Shown here: one piece after another, positions 16,045-26,710 of the stretch
Layout of the letters: every line of letters begins with the position of its first letter
How positions within the stretch are numbered: position 1 is the stretch's first letter
DNA from: the human T2T-CHM13v2.0 reference genome, Homo sapiens
NCBI RefSeq assembly: GCF_009914755.1
Contig: NC_060928.1
Reading direction: 5' to 3' (one strand)
DNA: 64,000 nt
Position numbers and translations under genes: made by a program
Notes under the pieces: model-generated
What the model was told of the DNA's origin: nothing
The model's database searches: none
The model's input: only the letters and a program-made list of their open reading frames with translations

Positions 16045-16590
16045 TGTATTAGTCAGGGTTATCTAGAGACAGGAGTAATAGAATGGATGTATATATGAAA
16101 GGGAGTTTATTAAGGAGAATTGCCTCACACAATCACAAGGTGAAGTCCCAAAATAGGCCATCTGCAAGCTAAAGAGCAAGAAAGCCAGCCTGAGTCTCCA
16201 AACCTCAAAAGTAGGGAAGCTGACAGTGCAGCCTTCAGTCTATGGACAAAGGCCTGAGAGCCCCTTGTTAACCGCTGGTGTAGGTCCAAGCATCCAAAAG
16301 CTGAGGAACTTGGAGTCCAATGTTCGAGGGCAGGAAGCATCCAGCACTGGAAAAAGATGGAGGCCAGAAGATTTAGCTAGTCTAGTCCTTCCATGTCCCT
16401 TGGACTGCTTTTATCCTAGCTGCACTGGATGCTGACTAGATGGTGCCCACCCAGACTGAGAGTACATCTGCCTTTCCCAGTCCACTGACTCAAATGTTAA
16501 TCTCCTTTGGCAACATCCTTACAGACACCCAGGGACAATACTTTGCATCCTTCAGTCCAATCAAGTTAACACTCAATATTAACCATCACA
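16045..16590 (-). mobile_element. MLT2A-type (HERV-L) solo LTR
   Basis: TGTATTAGTCAGGGTT...CCAATCAAGTTAACACTCAATATTAACCATCACA is the reverse complement of MLT2A; 546 bp. Confidence 0.9.
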
Positions 16591-17192
16591 TGGAGAGGTG
16601 AAGCCAGCTGAACTTCCTGGGTCAAGTGGGGACTTGGAGAACGTTTCTGTCTAGCTAGAGGATTGTAAACACACCAATCAGCGTTCTGTGTCTAGCTAAA
16701 GGATTGTAAATGCACCAATCAGCACTCTGTAAAAATGCACCAATCAGCGCTCTGTGTCTAGCTAGAGGATTGTAAATGCACCAATTAGCACTCTGTAAAA
16801 ACGTACCAATCAGCAATCTGTGTCTAGCCAAAGGATTGTAAATGCACCAATCAGCACTGTGTAAAAACACGCCAATCAGCACTCTGTGTCTAGCTAAAGG
16901 ATTGTAAATGCACCAATCAGCACTCTGTAAAATGGACCAATCAGCAGGACATGGGCAGGGACAAATAAGGGAATAAAAGCTGGCCACCTCAGCCAGCAGT
17001 GGCAACCCTCTCAGGTCCCCTTCCATGCTGTGGAATCTTTGTTTTTTCGCTCTTCACAGTAAAACTTGCTGCTGCTCACTCTTTGTGCCCGTGCCACCTT
17101 TAAGAGCTGTAACACTCACATGAAGGTCCTTGGCTTCATTCTTGAAGTCAGCGAGACCAAGAACCCACTGGAATGAACCAACTCCGGACACA
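16591..17192 (+). promoter_or_regulatory. 5' LTR, short LTR12 type (LTR12F-like), with a CCAAT tandem array
   Basis: GAGAGGTGAAGCCAGCTG...ACTCCGGACACA. Repeated CTAGCTAAAGGATTGTAAATGCACCAATCAGC units carry 9 CCAAT boxes, followed by the TATA-like GGGAATAAAAGC. Confidence 0.93.
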
Positions 17193-17195
17193 TTT

Positions 17196-17213
17196 TGGCA
17201 ACCACGATGGGAT
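17196..17213 (+). other. Primer-binding site complementary to the tRNA-Arg 3' end
   Basis: TGGCAACCACGATGGGAT begins 4 nt after the 5' LTR and resembles the ERV9 PBS TGGCGACCACGAAGGGA. Confidence 0.85.
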
Positions 17214-18375
17214 GATAGCCAAGTGCTGAGTACCATTGGACACCTTTCACTTGCTAGTCTGTCCTATTTTTCCTTAGAATTCAGGGGCTAAATACCAAGC
17301 ACCTGCCGGCCAATTAAAAGCAACCAGCATGGCTGCCGGACTAAAGACATGGGTGTCAGGCTTTCTGGGAAAGAGCTCTCTAACAAACCCTGGCTCTTTG
17401 GAGTTGGGACCATTGGTTTGCCTGGAACCAGCTTCCATTTTTCCTGTACTTCTGGGCTGAGCCAAGGGTCAACAGAGAGGAAAGCCATTCAGCTACGGGG
17501 TCCCGACAAAAAGTTGGTTGACCCTGCAGCCATGAGCAGAACTCTTTAAGTCATGTCGCCCAACTGAGATTCACCCATTTATCCTATCTATCCTGAACCT
17601 TGCCTCCTGGGTCCTAATGCCTGTCAGACAAACTTCCTCTTGTTTCTCTTCTCCAAAGCTAGTCCTGCTTCTAAAAACCACTCCCTGTCTCTGGTGCTTT
17701 TCTAGTTTCACCTGTAAGAATGATTTCTATTATAAACCTCAGGACTCTGTTTCCTTCTTTAGGCACCCAGGCTCACCAATCAGAAAGACATAATTTTTGC
17801 CCAAAGCCTTGTCAGAGGTGGGGACTATCTGGAATTTTAGGATCCGTCCTCAGACAAGTGGGCCTAACAAAGGCTATTCCTGAAGCTAAGATATGGGGAG
17901 CCTCAGAAGTGATATCCTTCCTATTCACATGATGAGAAGTGAGGACAAAACATGTCACTCTTCCAACCCTGGAGATCCCTTCCCTTCTTCAGGGTATGGC
18001 CCTCCACTTTATTTTTGGGGAATAACATCTTTATAGGACAGGGGTAATGTCCCAATACTAACAGGAGAATGCTTAGGACTCTAACATTCTTAGGTTTTTG
18101 AGAATGCATTGGTAAGGGCCACTAAATCTGATTTTTCTCAGTCCTCTTTGTGGTCTAGGAGGACAAGCAAGGGTGCAGGTTTTTGAGAATGTGTCAGTAA
18201 GGGCCACTAAATCCGACCTTCCTTGGTCCTCCTTGTGGTCTAGGAGGAAAACTAGTGTTTCTGTTGCTGCATCGGTGAGCGCAACTATTCTGATCAGCAG
18301 GGTCCAGGGACCATTGTGAGTTCTTAGGTAAGAGGGGGAAAACAAACCAAAACCACAGGTGGTTTTTTCTTTCAG

Positions 18376-19832
18376 ATGGGAAACACTCAGTCATCAACAG
18401 GCTCACCCTTGAAAGGCATCCTAAGCCATTGGGACCAATATGACCTGCAAACCCTGAAAAAGAAGTGACTCATTTTTTCTGCACTATAGCCTGGCCTGAA
18501 TATTTTCTCTCTGATAGGGAAAAATGGCCACCTGAGGGAAGTATATATTACAATACTATCCTGCAGCTTGACCTTTTCTGTAAGAGGGAAGGCAAATGGA
18601 GTGAAATACCTTATGTCCAATCTTTCTTTTCATTGAAGGAAAATCCACAACTGTGCAAAGCTTGCAATTTACATCCCACAGGAGGACCTCTCAGCTTACC
18701 CCCATATCCTAGCCTTCCTAGAGCTCTCCTTCCTATTAATGATAAGCCTCCTCTAATCTCCCCTGCCCAGAAGGAAACAAGCAAAGAAATCTCCAAGGGA
18801 CCACAGAACTCCCCTGGCTATCAGTTATGTCCCCTTCAAGCTGTAGGGGGAAGGGAATTTGGCCCAACATGGGTACATGTCCCCTTCTCCCTCTCTGATT
18901 TAAAGCAGATCAAGGCAGACCAGGGGAAGTTTTCAGATGATCCTGATACATACATAGATGTCCTACAGGGTCTACGGCAAACCTTTCACCTCACTTGGAG
19001 AGATGTCATGCTATTATATCAAACCCTGGCCTTTAATGAAAAGAATGCAGCTGTAGCTGCAGCCTGAGAGTTTGGAGATACCTGGTATCTTAGTCAAGTA
19101 AATGATAGAATGACAGCTGAAGAAAGGGACATATTCCCTACTGGTCAGCAAGCCATCCCCCGTATGGTTCCCCACTGGAACCTTGACTCAGATCATGGGG
19201 ACTATACTTGTAAACATCTATTGACCTGTGTTCTAGAAGGACTAAGGAGAATTGGGAAAAAGCCCATGAATTATTCAATGATGTCCACCATAACTCAGGG
19301 AAAAGAAGAAAATCCTTCAGCCTTCCTTGAGTGGCTTCGGGAGGCCTTAAGAAAATATACTCCCCTGTCACCTGACTCACTCGAGGGTCAGTTGATCCTA
19401 AAAGATAAGTTTATTACCCAATCAGCCACAGATATCAGGAGAAGTCTCCAAAAGCGAGCCCTGGGCCCTGAACAATATCTGGAGGCATTACTAAACCTGA
19501 CAACCTTGGTGTTCTATAATAGGGACCAAGAGGAACAGGCCAAAAAGGAAAAGCAAGATCAGAGAAAGGCCACAGCCTTAGTCATGGCCCTCAGACAAAC
19601 AAACCTTGGTGGTTTGGAGAGGACAGAAGATGGAGCAGACCAGTCACCCAGTGGGGCTTGTTATCAGTGTGGTTTGCAAGGACACTTTTAAAAAAGATTG
19701 TCCAACAAGAAACAAGCTGCCCCTCACCCATGTCCTCTCTGCCAAAGCAATCAATGGAAGGTGCATTTCCCCAGAGGACAAAGGTTCTCTGGGCCAGAAG
19801 CCCCCAGCCAGATGATCCAACAACAGGACTGA
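18376..19832 (+). pseudogene. gag: HERV9 gag, frameshifted and with stops
   Basis: ATG GGA AAC (MGN myristoylation start); [26 protein letters not shown] matrix; QGKEENPSAFLEWL (major homology region); CYQCGLQGH zinc knuckle broken by a frameshift; ends CAG GAC TGA. Confidence 0.92.
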
Positions 19833-22035
19833 GGGTGCCCTGGGCAAGTGCCAGCTCATGTTATAACCCTCACTGAGCCCCAGGTATGTTTAACCATTGA
19901 GGGCCAGGAAATTGACTTCCTCCTGTACACTGGTGCAGCCTTCTCAGTGTTAATCTCCTGTCCCAGATGGCTTTCCTCAAGGTCTGTTACCATCTGAGGA
20001 ATCCTGGAACAGCCTGTAACCAGGTATTTCTCCCACCTCCTCAGTTGTAATTGGGAGACTTTGCTCTTTTCACATGCCTTTCTTGTTATGCCTGAAAGTC
20101 TCACACCATTATCAGGGAGGGACATATTTGGCTATTGCCAAAGCTGGAGCCATTATCTACACTGATATGGGGAACAAGTTACCCATTTGTATTCCCCTGC
20201 TTGAGGAGGGAATCAACCCTAAAGTCTGGGCATTGGAAGGACAAATTTTAAGGGCAAAAAATGCCTGTGCAGTCCAAATCAGGCTAAAAGACCCCACCAC
20301 TTTTCCTTATCAAAGGCAATAGCCCTTAAGGCATGAAGCTCATAAAGGATTACAGGATATTGTTAGACATTTAAAATCTCACAGCTTAGTAAGAAAATGC
20401 AGCAGTTCCTGCAACACCACAATTCTAGGAGTACAAAAACTGAATGGTCAGTGGAGACTAGTGCAAGATCTTAGACTCATCAATGAGGCAGTAATTCCTC
20501 TATATCCAGTTATACCCAACCCCTATACCTTGCTCTCTTAAATACCAGAGTAAGCAGAATGGTTTACGGTTCTGGACCTCAAGGATGCCTTCTTCTGTAA
20601 TCCCCTGCACTCTGACTTCCAGTTTCTCTTTGTCTTTCAGGATCCCACAGACCACACGTGTCCCAACTTACATGGACAGTCTTGCCCCAAGGGTTTAGGG
20701 ATAGCCCTCATCTATTTGGTCAGGCACTGGCCCAAGATCTAAGCCACTTCTCAAGTCTGGGCACTCTGGTCCTTCAGTATGTGGATGATTTACTTTTGGC
20801 TACCAGTTCAGAAGCCTCATGCCAGCAGGCTACTATAGATTTCTTGAACTTTCTAGCTAATCAAGAGTAAAAGGCATCTAAATCGAAGGCCCAGCTCTGC
20901 CTACAAGAAGTCAAATATCTAGGCCTAATCTTATCCAGAGGAACCAGGACCCTCAGTACGGAATGAATACAGCCTATACTGGCTTATCCTCACCCTAAGA
21001 CATTAAAACAATTGCAGGGGGTTCCTTGGAATCACTGGCTTTTGCCGACTATGGATCACTGGATACAGTGAGATGGCCAGACCACTCTATACTCTAATCA
21101 ACGAGACCCAGAGGGCAAATACTCACCTAGTAGAATGGGAACCAGAGACAGAAACAGCCTTCCAAACCCTAATGCAGGCCCTATTACAAGCTCCAGCCTA
21201 AAGCCTTCCCACATGACAAAACTTCTCTTTATACATCACAGAGAGAGCAGGAATAGCTCTTGGAGTCCTTACTCAGACTCGTGGGACAACCCCAAAACCA
21301 GTGGCATACCTAAATAAGGAAATTGATACAGTAGCAAAAGGCTGGCCTCACTGTTTACAGGTAGTTGCGGTGGTGGCCATCTTAGTGTCAGAGGCCATCA
21401 AAATAATACAAGGAAAGGATCTCACTGTCTGGACTACTCATGATGTAAATGGCATGCTAGGTGCCAAAGGAAGTTTACAGCTATCAGACAACTGCCTGCT
21501 CAGATACCAGGTCCTACTTCTTGAGGAACCGGTGCTTCAAATGTGCATGTGTGTGGCCCTCAACCCTGCCACTTTTCTCCCAGAGGATGGAGAACCAATC
21601 GAGTATGACTGCCAACAAATTATAATCCAGACTTATGCCACCCAAGAGGATCTCTTAGAAGTCCCCTTAGCTAATGCTGACCTTAACCTATATACTGATG
21701 AAAGTTCATTTGTGGAGAATGGGATACAAAAGGCAGGTTATGCCATAGTTAGTGATGTAACAGTACTTGAAAGTAAGCTTCTTCCCCCAGGGACAAGCAC
21801 CCAGTTAGCAGAACTAGTGGCACTTACCCAAGCCTTAGAACTGGGAAAGGGAAAAAGAATAAATGTGTATACAGATATCAAGTATGCTTATCTAACCCTA
21901 CATGCCCATGCTGCAATATGGAAAGAAAGGGAGTTCCTAACCTCTAGGAGAACCCCCATTAAATACAACAAGGAAATCATGGAGTTATTGCACACACTGC
22001 AAAAATCCAAGGAGGTGGCAGTCTTACACTGCTGA
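19833..22035 (+). pseudogene. pol: HERV9 pro-pol (protease, RT, RNase H), disrupted; integrase absent
   Basis: FLLYTGA (catalytic D of DTG changed to Y); LPQGFRDSP and YVDD (20778-20789); RNase H motifs LYTDESS, AELVALTQAL, VYTDIKYA; several in-frame stops and frameshifts. Confidence 0.93.
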
Positions 22036-22099
22036 GGCAAAAGCCATCAAAAGGGCAAGGAGGGGGAGAACAGCAGCATAAGTGGCTGGCAGAGGCAGG

Positions 22100-22262
22100 G
22101 AAAGACCAGCAGAGAGGAAAGAGAGAGAGAGAGGAAGAGATAGAGAGACAGAGAGAGACAAAGTCAGAGAAAGAGAGAGAGAGGAATAGACAGACGGAGT
22201 CAGAGAGAAAGAGACAGAAAGACAGAAAGAGAAGGAAAGAGAGAGATGGAAGTAGTAAAGAA
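22100..22262. repeat. Purine-rich (GA/GACA)n tract inside the provirus
   Basis: GAGAGAGAGAGAGGAAGAGATAGAGAGACAGAG... directly after RNase H. Confidence 0.9.
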
Positions 22263-22834
22263 AAAAGTGTACCCTATTCCTTTAAAAGCCAGAGTAAATT
22301 TAAAACCTATAATTGATAATTGAAGGTCTTCTCTGCAACCTTATAACATTCCAATGCCACCTTGTTGTCAGTGTGAACAAGGGAGTAGCTCAAAAGCACT
22401 GAGGTCACTGACAACCCATAGCCTTCCTATCAAAAATCCTTAACCCAGCAGGTTTCGTAACAGGGGATCTAAATCTTAATTAACTACCATACAAAAGTCC
22501 GACCAGACCTAGGAAGAACTCCCTTCAGTACAGGACGATAGATGGTACCTCCAGGGTGATTAAAGGAAAAAGACAAAATGGGTATTCAGTAAGTGATAAG
22601 GAAACTCTTGTAGAAGCAGAGTTAGGAAAATTGCCTAATAATTGGTCTTCTCAAACGTGTGAGCTGTTTGCACTCAGCTAAACCTTAAACAGAATCAGGA
22701 AGGAGCCATCTATACCAATTTTAAGTTAATATGGACTGAACGAGGTCTTATTAATAGCAAAGAATAATTGAAATCCCAAACTTACAAATTTTCAACAAAA
22801 GTAAAGTTTGCTAAAAGTTAACAGTTTAACATGT

Positions 22835-23417
22835 ATTATCCTACTACCACACACTCTCAAAGGATTTCTCAGACAGTTTGCAAGAAATAACAAAATCTAT
22901 CCTTACTCTACAGTCTAAAATAGACTCTTTGGCAGCAGTGACTCTACAAAACTGCTGAGGCCTAGACCTCCTTACTACTGAGAAAGGAGGACTCTGCACC
23001 TTCTTGGGGGAGGAGTGTTGCTTTTACACTAACCAGTCAGGAATAGTATAAGACACCACCCAAAGTTTATAGGAAAAGGGTTCTGAAATCAGACAATGCC
23101 TTTCAAACTCTTATACTGACCTCTGGAGTTGGTTGACATGACTTCTCCCCTTTCTAGGTCCCGTGACAGACATCTTGCTATTACTTGCCTTTGGGTCCTG
23201 TATTTTTAATCTCCTTGTCAAATATGTTTCCTCTAGGATCGAGGCCATCAAGCTACAGATGGTCTTACAAATGGAACCCCAAATGAGCTCAACTAACAAC
23301 TTCTACCGAGGACCCCTGGACCGACCCACTGGCCCTTTGACTGGCCTAAAGAGTTCCCCTCTGGAGGACACTACAACTGCAGGGCACCTTCTTTGTCCCA
23401 TATCTAGCAGGAATTAG
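22835..23417 (+). pseudogene. env: HERV9 env TM remnant
   Basis: [32 protein letters not shown] contains the immunosuppressive domain plus CX6CC; membrane anchor LLLLAFGSCIFNLLVKYVSSRIEAIKLQMV. Confidence 0.9.
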
Positions 23418-23477
23418 CTAGAGCAGTCATTGCCCAATTCCCAACAGCATTTGGGGTGTCCTGTTTAGAGGGGGGAT

Positions 23478-24079
23478 TGAGAGGTGAAGTCAGCTGGACT
23501 TCCTGGGTCGAGTGGGGACTTGGAGAACTTTTCTGTCTAGCTAAAGGATTGTAAATGCACCAATCAGCACTCTGTAAAAACACACCAATCAGAGCTCTGT
23601 GTCTAGCTAGAGGATTATAGATGCACCAGTCAGTACTCTGTGTCTAGCTAAAGGATTTTAAATGCACCAATCAGCACTCTGTAAAAATGCACCAATCAGT
23701 GCTCTATGTCTAGCTAAAGGACTGTAAATGCACCAATCAGTACTCTGTAAAAATGCACCAATCAGCACTCTGTGTCTAGCTAAAGGATTGTAAATGCGTC
23801 AATCAGCACTCTGTAAAATGGAACAATCAGTAGGACGTGGGTGGGGACAAATAAGGGAATAAAAGCTGGCCACCCCAGCCAGCAGTGGCAACCTGCTTGG
23901 GTCCCCTTCTATGCTGCCAAAGCTTTGTTCTTTTGCTCTTCACAATAACTTTTGCTGCTGCTCACTCTTTGGGTCCATGCCACCTTTAAGAGCTGTAACA
24001 CTTACTGCAAAGATCCATGGCTTCATTCTTGAAGTCAGTGAGACCAAGAACCCACTGGAAGGAACCAACTCCAGGCACA
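23478..24079 (+). promoter_or_regulatory. 3' LTR (LTR12F-like), preceded by a polypurine tract
   Basis: PPT AGAGGGGGGA then TGAGAGGTGAAG...ACTCCAGGCACA; 602 bp; homologous to the 5' LTR. Confidence 0.93.
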
Positions 24080-24083
24080 ACAC

Positions 24084-24474
24084 TGTATAAGGTGGTACAT
24101 ATACAGTATAGAATACTATGCAGCCATAAAAAAGAATGAGACCATGTGTCAGGGACATGGATGGAGCTGGAGGTCATTATCCTTACTAAACTAATGCAGG
24201 AACAGAAAACCAAATACTACCTGTTCTCACTTATAAGTGGGCACTAAATGATGAGAACACATGGACACACAGAGGGGAACAACACACACTGGAGCCTTTT
24301 GGAAGGTGGAAGTTGGAAGGAGTGAGAGGATCAAGAAAACAACTAATGGGCACTAGGCTTAATACTAGGTGATGAAATAATCTGTACAACAAACTCCCAT
24401 GACACAAGTTTACCTATGTAACAAACCTACACTTATACCTCTGAACTTAAAATAAGTTAAAAAAAAAAAAAAAG
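24084..24474 (+). mobile_element. L1PA 3' end (right part of the L1 at 15630) with poly(A)
   Basis: GTGGTACATATACA...GATGAAATAATCTGTACAACAAACTCCCATGACACAAGTTTACC...A tail; colinear with the left part. Confidence 0.9.
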
Positions 24475-26199
24475 AAAACTTTCATGGAATCTCAAGGTGA
24501 GTCATGAAAGATAGCTTGATGTTACAAATAAACTAAGATTGCCTAATCCCAACATACTCTCTTTTTAGGCTAACTTAACAATTTATATAGTAATCGATTT
24601 TCTTTTTTATTCTCTACTAAAATATATACTGCAATTTTAATGATGTTTTAATTCATCTTTTCATTCTTTACTATCATAATGCCTAGTACTGAAGACATAT
24701 TCAGCAATTGTGTAATGGTTGAGGGAATTCTCATCTCTCAGGTGATCAATGTGCATTTCAACTAAATATGACTTTGTTGATGATTCAGCACTGACTGTTT
24801 TAAATGTTCTCATCAATAGTCTGACTTAGAGATTTACATGTGAGAAAAACTCCTGTGACTTATTATTTCATTTTAAAATTTATTTAAAAAGGAACAAAAT
24901 AAAATTAGCTAGCTTCTATAAAACATTCTTAAATTCTTCAAAATGACTCACCAAAACTCGTAATTAATAAGAACATAACATTGGATATTATGCTGTTTAT
25001 AAATGAATTAATAAATCTATATATTTTCCACCAAACTTGATAAATATTTTTTCCTGAATCTTTTAAAAAAATATTTCTTTTTCCCTGTCTCCTAGCAATA
25101 ATTCTGTTAGTTACAGATCATCTCACTGGTTAAGAGACCCCAATTGTCACAGATTATAATTAGCTATTGAATTTTCTTTGATTCAACTTTTAATCCCACG
25201 TTTCATTAGTAGGAAATTATCTTTCCATAAATGAGTAAAATTCTCAAGGTCCTTCAGAAAGTGTCAGGCATCTAATCAAAGAAAGCTACATTTTTTCATG
25301 GAGTCAGTTGTACATATGTCTTTATTGATAGGTGGCTTTATGCTTTCAAATTTATCCTAAGGTGGACCTGAAAAACAGATAAGATATATTCAGTAATAGA
25401 AAGCACAGTCATAACTCAATTATACTTACGGGCAGGAAAGTACAAACAGCCAATAATAGAAATTCACAATATAAAACAAACTAGTCTTTTAAGTTATATA
25501 TTCAATTCCCTAAAACCAGGAAATAAGGGAGAAAATTAAAAAACATTGTTGAAAAGTCATACCTTTTAAAATGTTGTGTGATCTCATATTTTAGATACAT
25601 TTTTGTTGACATGAAGGTGATTTATAGTGGATTGTTACATCACAAAAACAGGTTACAGATCAAAATGCAAGTCCTGATCTTATTCTTTGAAACATGGTAT
25701 ATACATGAATAGAAGAAAGGGAAAATGAGAATCTACAAAAAATGATAGCTTCATCTAACTGGTGATTTTTTTCCTAAGTATTGTATAAGTGTAGAGTACT
25801 TATGTCATAATTGTAAAATTATAATTTTAAAAGAATATTAGTTTTTCAGTAATTTTAGTTAATATTTGTAATAATATTTTAAAAAATATGTTTAAATGTT
25901 GTACTATCATCTAGAAACTCCACAAGTAAGGAAACCAGGCGGGTCTCATAAATATCAGAGGAGCAACTACAGACAGAAATAATATTTTCCCCAGTATTTC
26001 TGAATTGTTTTTATATTAACATGTGAAATCACACACTGTGGTTAACAGAAAAAAAACCCTATGATGAGGAAGGGAATCTGCATCTGAGCAGGGAGAGGCT
26101 GCATGTTCATCTAAAAGCAATAGCTGAGGCTGAGGATCTCTAACGGGAGAAAGAAACTCCTAACACAATCCAACTAAATATTCCTGATGTTTTTCTGCG

Positions 26200-26447
26200 G
26201 TGTGTGTGTGCTCGTGTGTGTGTGTGCACCTGCACATGTGTGTGTGTGCTCGTGTGTGTGTGCACCTGCACATGTGTGTGTGTGCTCGTGTGTGTGTGTG
26301 CACCTGCACATGTGTGTGTGTGCTCGTGTGTGTGTGCTCGTGTGTGTGTGTGCACCTGCACATGTGTGTGTGTGCTCGTGTGTGTGTGTGCACCTGCACA
26401 TGTGTGTGTGTGCTCGTGTGTGTGTGCACCTGCGCCTGTGTGTGTGT
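26200..26447. repeat. Minisatellite, ~36-38-bp unit (TG)nCTCG(TG)nCACCTGCACA, about 6.5 copies
   Basis: Directly visible: 6 CACCTG and 7 CTCG motifs separated by TG runs. Confidence 0.95.
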
Positions 26448-26577
26448 ATATGTATATTATGGGCATCACACTGTGCCGTCTCTACAAGATACAGAAGTTA
26501 TCTGAAATTAACTAGACTGATCTTTAAATGGCTTTCTGGTGCTCTAGGTATGTTTTGCAAATTGCAATCCCCTTTGT

Positions 26578-26710
26578 AGCAGCTACATCACATGTGAATG
26601 CTAGACATCCAAATTCTTGGGCCTCAACCCAAGCTACTTATTAAATCAGCAACTCACCAAGCCTTCCAGGTGATTATGATACATAGTTAAGTTTGATTAT
26701 CCCTGGTCTA
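26578..26710. mobile_element. MER5-like hAT-Charlie relic
   Basis: AAATTCTTGGGCCTCAACCCAAG...AAATCAG...CAAGCCTTCCAGGTGATT...AAGTTTGA resembles MER5A. Confidence 0.55.

Larger units (their letters stand above)
16591..24079 (+). mobile_element. Defective HERV9 (ERV9) provirus with two LTR12-family LTRs
   Basis: LTR-PBS(Arg)-gag-pro-RT-RNaseH-(no IN/SU)-TM-PPT-LTR organisation; 7489 bp. Confidence 0.95.

Noticed and set aside
16651-16950. CRISPR-like appearance of regularly spaced repeats
   Set aside because: No unique spacers; these are tandem U3 units of an LTR12 in eukaryotic DNA.
18092-18255. ~86-bp tandem duplication in the proviral leader
   Set aside because: The copies are diverged and, as I recall, this is a standard feature of the HERV9 leader rather than locus-specific.
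21301-22035. 244-aa ORF as a possible domesticated RNase H gene
   Set aside because: Stop-free remnant of pol with a GTG start; the surrounding pro/RT is disrupted and RNase H motifs are substituted (DESS, DIKY).
23163-23417. Syncytin-like env ORF
   Set aside because: Only the TM tail is open; SU and signal peptide are absent and the immunosuppressive domain contains a stop.
26140-26579. Six overlapping Cys/Val- or His/Thr-rich ORFs on both strands
   Set aside because: Produced by a stop-free TG minisatellite; open in all frames, so not evidence of coding.
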